From Candidatus Kerfeldbacteria bacterium (GTDB taxonomy: Bacteria; Patescibacteriota; Patescibacteriia; SBBC01; CAIJZX01), in contig CAVSWO010000002.1 in the NCBI GenBank assembly GCA_963731735.1, positions 529 to 64,528 on the forward strand: 64,000 nucleotides of DNA, in the 5' to 3' direction. The first letter of the stretch is position 1. Every line of letters starts with the position of its first letter. The notes beneath the pieces are model-generated. The model did no database searches. It was not told the origin of the DNA and worked only from the letters and a program-made list of their open reading frames with translations. Made by a program: the position numbers and the translations under genes. This document shows, in pieces, positions 19,979 through 30,263 of the stretch.

Positions 19979-21153
19979 CAGGCATTCGGTGCTTGGGCGT
20001 GCTGGGCAGACAGCCAGGCTAACGGATCATACCAAGCGGATAAATCAGACTCGTGACTGACGTAACCGCGGATATCTGTGCTTTTGCCTTTAAGCAGGCC
20101 AAAGTGTAAATGCATCCGTTCGCTGTCCGTTTCGGCCGTCCCGCCGGAACCCAAGACCGCCAGTTGTTCGGCCTGGCGGACGCTGGCGCCGGCTGGTTTA
20201 CGAACGGAAGCTAGCCGGATATGGCCGTACACGGCCGTGACGGTTTCATGATTGACCGTGTACTCGACCAACATGACGCCGCCATACCCGCTGGCCGTAC
20301 GGGCGGAACGAATCAGACCATCGGCAATCGCGTAGACCGGGACGTCGGTCCCCTGTTCGGCGGCTGTAGTTTCCGCATCAACCGCCGTGTGGTACCCGGT
20401 GAACCGCTCGGGCTGAATCGGCGAATTGGTCGGGGTAATATATTGGCCGAAAGTTTTTTTCGTGACCCGCCCGACAAAATTATCCATCGGGTAGACAACG
20501 GAACTGGTCGGGCCGGTCGAACCAAACTGCACGGATTTGACAAAGGCCTGAAATACGCTGTCCGACACGTCCGGCGCTTTGGCGAATGAATAAAAAATGG
20601 CCGGGTCCGCGTCCGAGGCGCGCAGGTCAATCACCGTATGCTGCTGCGTCCGCCAGGTCGGCTGATCGGTCAGGTCCGGGGCTGAGGATTTCTGTTGAAT
20701 TACCAGCGTCTTGGCCGGGTGATCATTGATCGTGCTGGTGGACTGCGAAATAACCTGAACCGTGTCTGGGGTTTGGAAATCGCTGGCCTGATAATACGTA
20801 ATAAAGAACTTCGAGTTCGTCAAACTCTCCCCAGCCGCGGTTGGATCATAGACATTAATGGCTCGACTGCCAGACCGGTATTCCACCACCCATCCCGAGG
20901 GAATCGAGGCCGAAAAATTAAAATTTGGATCGCGATCCTGGATATCATTGGTGGAAAATAGCGACGTATCGGTAATCGGCTGGAGATTGGTATTTTGCTG
21001 GTTGCCGTCGGTCACCTGGTCTGATTGATTTGTCACGTTTGCCAGATCGTTCAAGGTCGGGGCCACGGTTTTCCGATGCCCGACCAGCGCCCACCCGACC
21101 GCTAATACCAGGCCAATGGCCACGCCAATTACGAGATATTTCCAAGTCCGCAT
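19978..21153 (-). CDS. Membrane-anchored M23 family peptidase
   Basis: HTAVD, YGH, HLHF motifs; N-terminal TM; TATGCT 6 nt before ATG. Confidence 0.85.
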   Translation of the reverse strand: MRTWKYLVIGVAIGLVLAVGWALVGHRKTVAPTLNDLANVTNQSDQVTDGNQQNTNLQPITDTSLFSTNDIQDRDPNFNFSASIPSGWVVEYRSGSRAINVYDPTAAGESLTNSKFFITYYQASDFQTPDTVQVISQSTSTINDHPAKTLVIQQKSSAPDLTDQPTWRTQQHTVIDLRASDADPAIFYSFAKAPDVSDSVFQAFVKSVQFGSTGPTSSVVYPMDNFVGRVTKKTFGQYITPTNSPIQPERFTGYHTAVDAETTAAEQGTDVPVYAIADGLIRSARTASGYGGVMLVEYTVNHETVTAVYGHIRLASVRKPAGASVRQAEQLAVLGSGGTAETDSERMHLHFGLLKGKSTDIRGYVSHESDLSAWYDPLAWLSAQHAQAPNA

Positions 21154-21273
21154 GCCTGTAGCATACACAATTTTAGCAATTTCATCCACGCCGATTGATT
21201 GACACTCAATTCCGACCGTGGTAAAGCAATCGCAACGTTGTGTTCCTTCCAACTCGTTGTCCTGGAGGTTCGT

Positions 21274-22779
21274 ATGGACTGCCGTCTTCGTCATCAGTTG
21301 CAACCGCTGCAACCCCTGGCGCTGTCCCCAAACTTGTCGGTGGGTCAGGTGGTAGCTCAGCTCCGTCATTGCGCCATCGGCGCCCGTCACCTCGGTGAGG
21401 TAGCCGACACGCTCACGCATTTTGTGCAAACCGGTCAACCGCCACTCTTGATTACCGATCATCGGCTCAATACGCCGCTCGGCTTGCTGCTCCGGAATTG
21501 GGTCAAAGCCGGTTGGGCCCGCGGTTTGGTCTCGCCGGATGCGCTGATCCGGGATCGCTACCGCTCCACCCCGACAGCCGTTGTGATTGGCTTGTTGCCG
21601 GAGCGGATTGAATGCGAGGTGCTCAAGCGCTGCACCCGAACGATCTTCATCAACCCATACGGGTACGCCGCGCCCGGCCAGATCCGAGACGGAAGCTTTC
21701 CGGACGTGGTCTTTTCCGACCCGACCTTTGTCTTACCGGTCTTGTCGGCCGTCTTGGATGAACGCCTGCGACACGATCCGATGAGCGTTTCCGAATTACT
21801 GCTACAGCTACAGCAGTTTGGAAAACTCGGTCAGGACGTAGCCGAAGGCGCCGAAACACTGCGGGTGATGGTCGAGGATCCCGAACTGACCGCGATCCTC
21901 ACGCTGTCTGGCATCATGACCGTCGCGAAAATGGGTCCGCTGATTTGTGACCTGATCGACCGCGGCATGGTTCAGGCCATCGTCAGCACCGGCGCACTCA
22001 TGGCGCACGGACTGGTTGAAGGCCAAGGACTGCAGCACTACCAGCACGACCCGCGATTTGATGACGCGCAGTTGGCCGCCGCCAAACTCAACCGGATTAC
22101 CGATTCGCTCGAGCCGGAAGAGAATTTGGACGAGACGGAAGCTATGATCCACCAGGTCATGCAAGCCTACGGTTCCAAGCTCGTTTCCAGTCCGGTTGAA
22201 CTCAACCACCGCATCGGTCAATACTTGACCGAACGGTATCCCGACCATCGAGCGATTCTGAAGTCTGCTTATCAGCGCGGCGTTCCAGTCCTGGTGCCGG
22301 CTCTGGTCGATTCCGAGCTCGGCAACGATATCTACGTCCGGAATCTCGAACGGGTCAAGCAGGGTTTACCGCGGCGAATCTTCGATCCATCGATTGATTC
22401 GGCCGGATTGGTCGAACTGGCCAGTCGAGCCACCCGGCTGGGAATTTTCACCATCGGGGGCGGCGTCCCTCGGAACTACGCCCAGAATGTCGCGCCCTTG
22501 ATCGAGATCATCAACGATCGGTTGATCGATAAAGTTCCGCTCTCCAAGTTTTCGATGGGTTGTCGGATTTGTCCCGACCCACAGCATCTCGGACACTTGA
22601 GCGGCTGCACCTATCACGAGGGCATGTCGTGGCGGAAGATGGAACTGGACGGCCGTTTCAGTGAGATCATGGCTGACGCGACCATGGTCTTTCCGTTCTA
22701 CGTCCAGTATCTTCTCGACCGGGCCCAAGTCCCGGCCAACAAACGCAATCATGTCTGCGAACTGCAGTTCGCGGATTAA
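21274..22779 (+). CDS. Deoxyhypusine/homospermidine synthase family protein with an extra degenerate N-terminal DHS-like domain
   Basis: LTLSG, VSTGA, LNRITD, DSELG, IGGGVPRN, GHLSGCT..EGMSWRK, DATMVFP motifs. GGAGGT SD. Confidence 0.88.
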   Translation: MDCRLRHQLQPLQPLALSPNLSVGQVVAQLRHCAIGARHLGEVADTLTHFVQTGQPPLLITDHRLNTPLGLLLRNWVKAGWARGLVSPDALIRDRYRSTPTAVVIGLLPERIECEVLKRCTRTIFINPYGYAAPGQIRDGSFPDVVFSDPTFVLPVLSAVLDERLRHDPMSVSELLLQLQQFGKLGQDVAEGAETLRVMVEDPELTAILTLSGIMTVAKMGPLICDLIDRGMVQAIVSTGALMAHGLVEGQGLQHYQHDPRFDDAQLAAAKLNRITDSLEPEENLDETEAMIHQVMQAYGSKLVSSPVELNHRIGQYLTERYPDHRAILKSAYQRGVPVLVPALVDSELGNDIYVRNLERVKQGLPRRIFDPSIDSAGLVELASRATRLGIFTIGGGVPRNYAQNVAPLIEIINDRLIDKVPLSKFSMGCRICPDPQHLGHLSGCTYHEGMSWRKMELDGRFSEIMADATMVFPFYVQYLLDRAQVPANKRNHVCELQFAD

Positions 22780-22861
22780 CCTTCACACCCAGTGCCAACG
22801 GCGCTGGGTTTTTCTATCAAGTTGACCCGAAGGAAACTTTTCCCTATACTCGTTCCGTCCT

Positions 22862-22935
22862 TCCGGGATCGTCTAATGGTAGGACGCCAGGTTCTGGCCC
22901 TGGTAATTGGGGTTCGAATCCCTGTCCCGGAGCCA
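22862..22935 (+). tRNA. tRNA-Gln(CTG)
   Basis: TCCGGGA/TCCCGGA acceptor stem, CCAGG-TTCTGGC-CCTGG anticodon arm, GGTTCGAATCC, encoded CCA. Confidence 0.97.
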
Positions 22936-23119
22936 TAGCGAAAGCGGCCGTCCGAGTGACGGACGTCTTCGCAATCGGGAGTCGGCAGGGATTCGAACGG
23001 GCAGAAGCGACCGAGCAAAGCTCGGGAGCGTCGATGAGCCGCCAGTGGCGGGTCGGCGCTGCCCAGGACAACGAGCCCCGCGAAAGCGGGGTGAGGCGGA
23101 AATCCCTGTCCCGGAGCCA
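22936..23119 (+). mobile_element. 184-bp structured element ending in a 19-bp duplication of the tRNA-Gln 3' end
   Basis: AATCCCTGTCCCGGAGCCA at 22917-22935 and 23101-23119. Inverted T-arm copy CAGGGATTCGAAC at 22986-22998. Multiple hairpins. Confidence 0.75.
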
Positions 23120-23129
23120 ATTTTGTGTA

Positions 23130-24738
23130 CTACGAAAAGCTGGCCACCACGTTATCCCATAGGTCACCGGTCTGGGCTGTTTTTTTCGGACTGATCGGAT
23201 GAACTTGGCGAAGTCAAGTCAAGTTTGGCCGGTGGCGGTGGCGCGGCTTGCTGACTCTGACCGTCCACCTGGACTTCCAGATGGACCGTCGTTTTCAGCA
23301 GTTCAGATAACTTTTCCTCCAAGCCATGGCGGTTTTTCGGATCAGTCAGTCGCGCCCGATGCAGCTCAAACGGAACCCCGAGATGAATCACCCCCGGGCC
23401 GACTGATGCAATCCAGGCTTGCTGTAATGACAATCGCAGGCTCGGCTGGTCGGGTGTGAGCACGGCTTGGGCTTTGGCCCAGGCTTGCTTGACGGCCGCT
23501 AGGTCGAGCGATTTGGTTGTCGGTTTGGCGGCCTGGGGTTTTTTTGTTGGTTTGGCGTCAGCCTTCGATGCTTTTGGTCCGGCCGTCGCGCTTGGCGGAG
23601 ACGTCGGGCGATCGGGAGGCGGAATCGGTGCGGTTCGTTCTTCGACCGGTAAGCCGATGGCCGCGAAGGCCAGCTCAAGCGGCACTTCCAACATGGCCCC
23701 ACGATATAAACGTCGTTCGGCCTCGGTCAACTGCCCAACCATTTCGGTCGCCTGCGACGTGCTAATTTGTTTGCCCATTGATAAAAGTTCGGTGACCGTA
23801 TCCTGGGTATAGGTTTGCACCGCTGAGTCAATCAGACTCGGATCAACTGTCGCCAGCAGCACTGCCCGACTCATGGTAATTAATTCATGCACTAGCACCG
23901 GAATATCTCCGCCCTCATCACAATATGCATGAAAGGCCCGGATTGCCTCAGCCGCCTGGCGATTAACCAGTGATTGCATAATTTGGGTAGTCAATTGTTC
24001 GTTCGAACGGGGCAGGATCAAGTCCGCCATTTCGCCCGTGACCGTCGTATCCTGGAACGCAAACAGTTGCCCGAGCATACTTTCGGCGTCGCGCAACGAA
24101 CCGCCGGCAAACCGCGCGATGCGCTCGGCTACTCCATCTTCCAACTTGCGTTTTTCCAGCTTGGCAATTTTCTGCAGCCGCTCGGCGATTTCCGTAACCG
24201 TCAGTTTTTTAAAATCGAATCGCTGCGTTCGGGAAATAATCGTCTCGGGAACCCGGTGAATTTCGGTGGTTGCCAAGATGAACATGGCGTGGGCTGGCGG
24301 TTCTTCCAGCAGTTTCAGCAGCGCGTTGAAGGCCGCCAGGGACAGCATGTGCACTTCGTCGATAATAAAAACTTTCATTTTTCCGTAGGACGGGGACGAA
24401 CGCGCGCTTTGAATAATATTTTCGCGGACGTTATCAACGCCGGTTTGCGAGGCGGCGTCAATTTCCACGATATCTAAATTTCGTCCCTCGAGCATCCCCC
24501 GGCAAGCCGCACAGGTATTGCATGGTTCACCATCGGCCTTCCGTTCCGGACAATTTACCGCCCGCGCCAACAAGCGCGCCACCGTGGTTTTCCCGATCCC
24601 GCGCGGTCCGGTAAACAAATAGGCATGCGCTAGCCGATCATGCGCCAGCGCATTCACCAAGGTAATCCGAATATGCTGCTGATTGACGAGTTCAGCGAAG
24701 GTGGTGGGTCGGTATTTTCGGTAAAGGGTTTCGGCCAT
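23130..24738 (-). CDS. dnaX: DNA polymerase III subunit gamma/tau (probable 1-nt indel near the 3' end)
   Basis: LYRKYRP, GPRGIGKTT, EIDAAS, IDEVHML, LLKLLEEPP, GSLRDA motifs. An alternative frame after the A7 run gives GDLWDNVVASFS*. Confidence 0.95.
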
Positions 24739-24807
24739 ACAAAAACCAAGTCAGTGGACTGAGTGTACCGTAGTCACCCGCTCGGAGCAAGCCGGCCGAG
24801 CCGAACC

Positions 24808-25449
24808 TTAGCCTTCCGGCGATTCTTGAGCCTGCTCGGATTTTTTGATGATATTTTCAACCGCCGCCCAGCGGGTATCGCCGTCTTTCGGCACCAGCAC
24901 AACTACCTCATCGCCGTTTTCACCTTTAAAATAGGTGACCGAAGCCAGTAAGACTTTATAGGGCTTGCCGCCCGCCAGCACCTTATACTCACCGGTTTCC
25001 GAATCACGAACCAATTCGCCAATCAAACGCTGACGCTCAACCGGTCCAATTTGTTTATAGATAAATGACCCGTCGCGGGTGATAGTTAACTTGAGAACGT
25101 CGCCTTCAACTAATTTCGATTTTGACGCGTAGTTGGCCGGAACGGAATATTGTTTCCCATCCGGGCCGACCATATTCTGACCGTCAAAAACACCTTCAAT
25201 CACCCGCGCCCCTTCCGGATCGGCACTGGTGCTGAGTTGGGCCGCTTTCTGGCGAACCGTTGGACCGGCGGGCATCCCGGCCTGCCCGGCTAGGGCGCGG
25301 CGCAAAGCGGACAAACTATCTTCTACCTGTTCGATATAACGTAAAATCACATCCGGTTCAAGCTGATTAGCCGTCGGAGGCGTTGGTTCAGCGGTCGGAG
25401 TATCAGTCGGTGCTTCGGGTTGTACTATTGGTTGTTGGTCTTCTTCCAT
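24808..25449 (-). CDS. Conserved hypothetical protein (CPR-type)
   Basis: IEGVFDGQNM...YSVPANYASKSKLVEGD...YKQIGP; recognised as a recurrent CPR family. Confidence 0.8.
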   Translation of the reverse strand: MEEDQQPIVQPEAPTDTPTAEPTPPTANQLEPDVILRYIEQVEDSLSALRRALAGQAGMPAGPTVRQKAAQLSTSADPEGARVIEGVFDGQNMVGPDGKQYSVPANYASKSKLVEGDVLKLTITRDGSFIYKQIGPVERQRLIGELVRDSETGEYKVLAGGKPYKVLLASVTYFKGENGDEVVVLVPKDGDTRWAAVENIIKKSEQAQESPEG

Positions 25450-25607
25450 GCGAATGTTTTTTCAATTTTTCTTTTTGGCTTTTCCAGCCCAAGCAGAATA
25501 CCAAATTTTCGCCGCTCTGCCAAACCCCCAGGTCACTCACCGCCTATACACAGGCTCTCCACATTGGAAAAGCAAAGAAAAAGGGACGACCGTAGCCGTC
25601 CCGAACT

Positions 25608-26114
25608 TCAGCTTGATGCGCGCATGTTGTGCAATCCCTCGTGCAGGACCACCCGCTCAAGCGGATCATCCGGATCATTGATCAGCTGGCGTTGCCCAAT
25701 CAGGGTGAAGGGTCGTGAGGTGTCCCAGCCGCGTTGCCGGAGAAAGTCCAGCACTCGGCGATCAGTCCCCAGTAGCGGCAAATCGAAAACGTTTTCGACC
25801 GAAACCCGACCTAGCACCCCGTCGGATGAAGCCGGCAACAAATCCCCGTCATCAACGCCCACGAAGTAGTACAGCACCAGTTCCCAATTGATGATGCACC
25901 GGGCGAACTCTACCAGTTCACGGTCAGCAATGCCTGATTCTTCTTTGACTTCCCGGTAGGCGCCAGCCGACGGAGATTCACCCGGCTTGATCTGGCCGCC
26001 GAGTCCGGTCCAGCGCCGGGCGAATTTCTTCATCTGCGGACTTCGCTCCAGCAGTACCAGATGGGTGGCCGGCTGGTGGCGTTGAAAAAACACGATCGTA
26101 TAGGCCGATTCCAT
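25608..26114 (-). CDS. NUDIX hydrolase (MutT-like)
   Basis: GGQIKPGE...AYREVKEESG Nudix box; GGAGG SD. Confidence 0.85.
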   Translation of the reverse strand: MESAYTIVFFQRHQPATHLVLLERSPQMKKFARRWTGLGGQIKPGESPSAGAYREVKEESGIADRELVEFARCIINWELVLYYFVGVDDGDLLPASSDGVLGRVSVENVFDLPLLGTDRRVLDFLRQRGWDTSRPFTLIGQRQLINDPDDPLERVVLHEGLHNMRASS

Positions 26115-26181
26115 GATTTCCTCCAGTTCTCAAAGGTGCAACCTCCAATGGTCGCCACCTTAGCAAGGGCCGCCCAGCCGG

Positions 26182-26706
26182 TCAAACGCGATAGCGGTAG
26201 ACCACCACCCGGCCCTCGGGTTTCTCCCGGGCTTCCGGTGTCCATCCGGCAATTGAAAAGACTGCCGAAATAATTCGCGTTCCCGGCCGGAGTTCGCGTT
26301 TGAACTTCGGACCCAATTTTTTCATAGCCTCGGGCGTCAAAAAGCAAAATACCACATCGGCTGCCGACAAGTCTTGGTGAAAAAAATCCTGCAGCCGGAT
26401 CGACGCGCGCGTCCGGAGTCCGGCCGCCGCGATTCGCATCCAGGCCGCCAACCAAACTGGCAATGACAGCTCATACCCGATCGCCCGCAGGTTCGGGAAG
26501 CGCTTGGCCGCGGTGAGCAGAATCCGTCCGTCACCGGCCCCTAAATCCACAATCGTTTCGCCGTCCTTGAGCGCGGCCATGGTTAGCATCCGTTCCACGT
26601 CTCGACTGCGGGTTGGAACATACGGTGCCGCCCGCCAGGCACCCCAAGCGGTCGTGATCGCAGACACAACGACCACCAGTAATACGACCAGCCAGATCAG
26701 ACTCAT
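26182..26706 (-). CDS. Membrane-anchored SAM-dependent methyltransferase
   Basis: APYVPT, VDLGAGDGR, ELRPGTRIIS motifs. Confidence 0.88.
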   Translation of the reverse strand: MSLIWLVVLLVVVVSAITTAWGAWRAAPYVPTRSRDVERMLTMAALKDGETIVDLGAGDGRILLTAAKRFPNLRAIGYELSLPVWLAAWMRIAAAGLRTRASIRLQDFFHQDLSAADVVFCFLTPEAMKKLGPKFKRELRPGTRIISAVFSIAGWTPEAREKPEGRVVVYRYRV

Positions 26707-29246
26707 GTGCCGCGCGGTTCAGTCATCGGCATCGGAGCCGCCGCCACAGCTCCAAGCTGCGTGCGGGATAAAATTTCTTGTTCGACATAGGCTCGATCTT
26801 TGCCGTACCGTAATCGGGCGTATTCCCGAATCGCTTCAGCCATCCGCGGGTGGCCCGGTTGCGGCGGATAGGTTTGTAAATGAAATGGCGGCGCTTGGGT
26901 ATTATTAATCAGTAACCGGATGTAGGCGGTGTAGCGTTCTTGATTGACCAGGTCGAAAGCCGAGAAGGTCGGCTCAAATTGTTTGGCTAATATTTCGGCA
27001 TCCTCGACACCAACCCGGAAGGCGATCATCGTGCCGACGTTCCCGAGTACCGCTTCTTGCACTTTAGCATCACCAGCTTGGACCAGCTGTCCCATGTATT
27101 GATGGGCCATGGTCAGGTTCAGCCGGTATTTTCGCGCTTCGGATAAAATGGTGGCGATCGAGTCGGTGATAAAATTCTGAAACTCATCCAGGTAGAGATA
27201 GAAGTCCGGCCGCTGGTCTTCCGGCACGTTGGTCCGGGCCAAGGCCGCCATTTGTAACTTCGACACAATAATCAGGCCCAGCAAGTTGGCATTGACTTCG
27301 CCGACTTTGCCTTTGGCCAAATTGACCAGCAGAATTTTTCGGCCATCCATAATCTCCCGGAAGTTAAATCCCGAGCGCGGTTGACCGATGATATTCCGCA
27401 TCATGGCATTTTCCACGAACCGCCCGACTTTCGAAATCAAGTAGCCCAGCATTTCGGATTTATGGAAATCGGAGGTCTTGGCCATTTCCTTTTCCCAGAA
27501 AGCCCGGACGACTGGGTCTTTAACCTTGGCGACCTTGGCTTGCTGAAAAGCTTTATCCGTGAACATCCGCGGAATATCGGCAATCGTACCCGGATGCTCT
27601 TCGTCTTCCATTAGGGTCAGCATGGCATTGCGCATATTGTGTTCGAACATCGGTCCGACCATCTCGGGCGGAAAGAGTTTCATGAAAATCGCAATCATTT
27701 CCTGAACCGCGAAATCTCGCTCCTCCGGCGTTTTCGCTTCGAGCATATTCAAGCCCACCGGCCGTTCGGTATCACCCGGCTCAAACATAATCACATCGTG
27801 CATCCGTTCTTTCGGAATCCCCTCCAAAATATCTTCCACCAGGCTGCCATGCGGATCGACCACGCAGACGCCTTGACCGGACGCAATGTCCTGTTTAGCC
27901 ATCTCGGCCATCAGCACCGATTTTCCGGAACCGGTGGTGCCGACGATGTAGACATGGCGCCGGCGATCTTCCGCCGCCAAGCGAATTTGGTGATCTTCGC
28001 CACGATACAGATTGTGTCCCAGTAAAATGCCCTGGACCGGTAAATCTGCCGGCGCCCCGGCGCGTTTGGCCGCCAGCCATTCAATATTCGGGGCCGGCGT
28101 GTCCGGCAACGGAAAGTGGTATAAGCTGTTGACTTCCTCACTATTGAGAATCATGCCGTTCTGCGGGCGGAAGTGCCGATAGATGAAATCGTGAATCATC
28201 TGGCCGCCGTGAGCAATCGCGCGCGGCTTGAAACCGTTGCCCGAGTCGATGGCCGTAAACTGACTGAAGGCGTTGATAATATTTTCCAGGTGTATCCGCA
28301 CGTTGCGTTCATTCGGTGAAGCGGTCACGATCCGGATGTTGACGTCAAAGCCCGGCTTGCCGGCCTTGTCTTCCAGCGAACGCACCAAGGATTGTTCCAT
28401 CGGCGTTAATTGATGAGCCCCGCCGTATGCGTAGTCTGACTGTTTGGGCGTGGATTTGAGCGAAGCCGTCAGGAATCCGGTCATTGAGCTCCCCGATGTT
28501 TTGGCCGGTTGGCCAGCCTGCATCCGGTGGGCCAGCGCTTTGCCGGCCCGTTGCCAACCGGCCGACTTGGGACGTATCAAGAGTTGGATAGCCGCCCCTT
28601 CGTCTGGCTGCACTTTGCTCATAACATTCGCAATCGCGTAGAGCGGATCGCTTTCAAGTTGCTTGTAGGTCCGAATCGGATAAGCGGCTGGTTTCGTCAG
28701 CCGCATGGAGGTAGCTAAAATATGCGTTTGCGAGGCAAACAGATTATAGTCTACGACTTCCTCAATCTGGGCGTGCGGATACTGAGCTTGAATCTGGAGT
28801 TCAACCAATTGCCGCAGATCGCGCGGGACGCCCAGGTAAAAATGAATTCGCCCGTCGTGCGCGACCAGCTCCAAAGCCAGGTGTCGCGGCGTGCTAAACC
28901 AGAATTGATGCCAAGCTCGCGCCAGCGGGTTGCCGGCTTGATTCGGCCGCAGATTCCCGAGGGTGATAAACAGCGTTTCAAATCCTGCTAAGACTTCTTG
29001 CCACTCCTTATGCTCCAATTCTTTTCGCCAGGATTCTTTGGGTAAGCGCACTTTCAGCACCAAATATTCCAGGGCGGACGGAATCAACCGTTGCCGCTGT
29101 AACCACCAGCGCAATCCAAATACCACCCCAAGCACACCGAGTACTAACCCTAACCCAACCCACAGCCACGTCAATTGCGTAGCGGCTTGATGGGCCGCGC
29201 CAGTCAGCACGTTGGTATCTGGATTAAGACCCTGGGCGAGTAGCAT
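26703..29246 (-). CDS. VirD4/TraD-like (HerA-FtsK superfamily) coupling ATPase
   Basis: N-terminal TM, RRRHVYIVGTTGSGKS, VVDPHG, LYLDEFQNF, LSEARKY, AHQY motifs. Confidence 0.88.
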   Translation of the reverse strand: MLLAQGLNPDTNVLTGAAHQAATQLTWLWVGLGLVLGVLGVVFGLRWWLQRQRLIPSALEYLVLKVRLPKESWRKELEHKEWQEVLAGFETLFITLGNLRPNQAGNPLARAWHQFWFSTPRHLALELVAHDGRIHFYLGVPRDLRQLVELQIQAQYPHAQIEEVVDYNLFASQTHILATSMRLTKPAAYPIRTYKQLESDPLYAIANVMSKVQPDEGAAIQLLIRPKSAGWQRAGKALAHRMQAGQPAKTSGSSMTGFLTASLKSTPKQSDYAYGGAHQLTPMEQSLVRSLEDKAGKPGFDVNIRIVTASPNERNVRIHLENIINAFSQFTAIDSGNGFKPRAIAHGGQMIHDFIYRHFRPQNGMILNSEEVNSLYHFPLPDTPAPNIEWLAAKRAGAPADLPVQGILLGHNLYRGEDHQIRLAAEDRRRHVYIVGTTGSGKSVLMAEMAKQDIASGQGVCVVDPHGSLVEDILEGIPKERMHDVIMFEPGDTERPVGLNMLEAKTPEERDFAVQEMIAIFMKLFPPEMVGPMFEHNMRNAMLTLMEDEEHPGTIADIPRMFTDKAFQQAKVAKVKDPVVRAFWEKEMAKTSDFHKSEMLGYLISKVGRFVENAMMRNIIGQPRSGFNFREIMDGRKILLVNLAKGKVGEVNANLLGLIIVSKLQMAALARTNVPEDQRPDFYLYLDEFQNFITDSIATILSEARKYRLNLTMAHQYMGQLVQAGDAKVQEAVLGNVGTMIAFRVGVEDAEILAKQFEPTFSAFDLVNQERYTAYIRLLINNTQAPPFHLQTYPPQPGHPRMAEAIREYARLRYGKDRAYVEQEILSRTQLGAVAAAPMPMTEPRGT

Positions 29247-29730
29247 GCGGATCGTGGGGCTGGCGCAAGGCCAGCAGTTTGTCGGTTTTAATTTTGGCTT
29301 CTTGCTCGAGGAAGAATTGGTTGACGCCCGGAATGATCTTCAGCCAGTTAACAATCAGGTCAAGAATTTTCTTGGTTTGAACTTTGGTCTGTTCCAAAAG
29401 GCCAGCCACTTTTTCAGCCGTGGCTTCGCCCAGACTGCGAAATTGCGCTTGGGTGGCTGGATCAAGTTTTTGATAGGTATCTTCCAGCCCATCCGAAAGT
29501 ACCTGTTCAACTTCTTTCACGAATAAACTTTCCGGGGCGGTTGGCGCCTCGGGCGTGGCCGCCGGCACCGGGGGTGGAACAGTCGGCGTGTTTGGTTCGT
29601 GTTCTAAAAACTCCGGTTTCCATTCCGGTTGTTCGGCTGTTTCCCGAGACTGCTCCGGCGCCGGCGGCATTTCCGGCGCGGGCATTGGTGGGTGCTCCGG
29701 TTTGGCGGGTCGTAGCGGTGATTCGGGCAT
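29224..29730 (-). CDS. Conserved hypothetical protein, Pro/Glu-rich N-terminus
   Basis: WLKIIPGVNQFFLEQEAKIKTD; TATAAT 6 nt before ATG; overlaps the ATPase start. Confidence 0.75.
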   Translation of the reverse strand: MPESPLRPAKPEHPPMPAPEMPPAPEQSRETAEQPEWKPEFLEHEPNTPTVPPPVPAATPEAPTAPESLFVKEVEQVLSDGLEDTYQKLDPATQAQFRSLGEATAEKVAGLLEQTKVQTKKILDLIVNWLKIIPGVNQFFLEQEAKIKTDKLLALRQPHDPHATRPGS

Positions 29731-29884
29731 GCGCAAATTATACCATATTTCACGCCTCGGAGCCGGGTTTCAGCCAGAGGGGTTGACAAATCTGAATACC
29801 TGTGCTAGTATCACGGGTCTTTTTGAGGAGCTTCTGATCCAGATTCCCGTTCCCCAGCGGAACACTCAGTCATAGGAGGAAGTC

Positions 29885-30253
29885 ATGAAAACGTTCGTTC
29901 ATTCCATCGTGATGGTGGTGGTTTCGATCACCCTCATCGTCAGTACCGTCGGGTGTGTCGGGCAGCAACTGCTCGGACCGCCCGAGAAATGCGCCGTCTA
30001 CTTCATCAACAATCTGCCGGACCGGATCATCCTGTACTCCCCGGACAACAAGATCACCGAACTCGGACCGAACGGTATGTATCATCTGATGCTGCCCACG
30101 TCGGTCGAATCGTCCTTCCGGTGGACGTATCCGGACGGTCGCGGCGGACGAACCATCAGGTTTACGCCTGATGCCGAACTGGGCGATGCCGTCGGACCGA
30201 ATGGGTTCAAAACGGACACCATCGTCTACGCCTCTGGCGCAGTCATCCGATAG
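29885..30253 (+). CDS. Putative lipoprotein
   Basis: TTGACA-17-TAGTAT promoter, AGGAGG SD, lipobox-like TVGC. Confidence 0.65.
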   Translation: MKTFVHSIVMVVVSITLIVSTVGCVGQQLLGPPEKCAVYFINNLPDRIILYSPDNKITELGPNGMYHLMLPTSVESSFRWTYPDGRGGRTIRFTPDAELGDAVGPNGFKTDTIVYASGAVIR

Positions 30254-30263
30254 GAGGTTCGCG

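Noticed and set aside
23101-23119. Second tRNA-Gln gene (likewise 57993-58012 for Glu)
   Set aside because: Only the 3' 19-20 nt are present; no D or anticodon arm.
23164-23190. Programmed dnaX frameshift producing gamma/tau
   Set aside because: The A7 run is only ~17 codons from the end and similar indels occur elsewhere, so an assembly error is more parsimonious.
26703-29246. Conjugative element or ICE
   Set aside because: No relaxase, VirB4, mating-pair genes or integrase nearby; such ATPases are commonly chromosomal in CPR.
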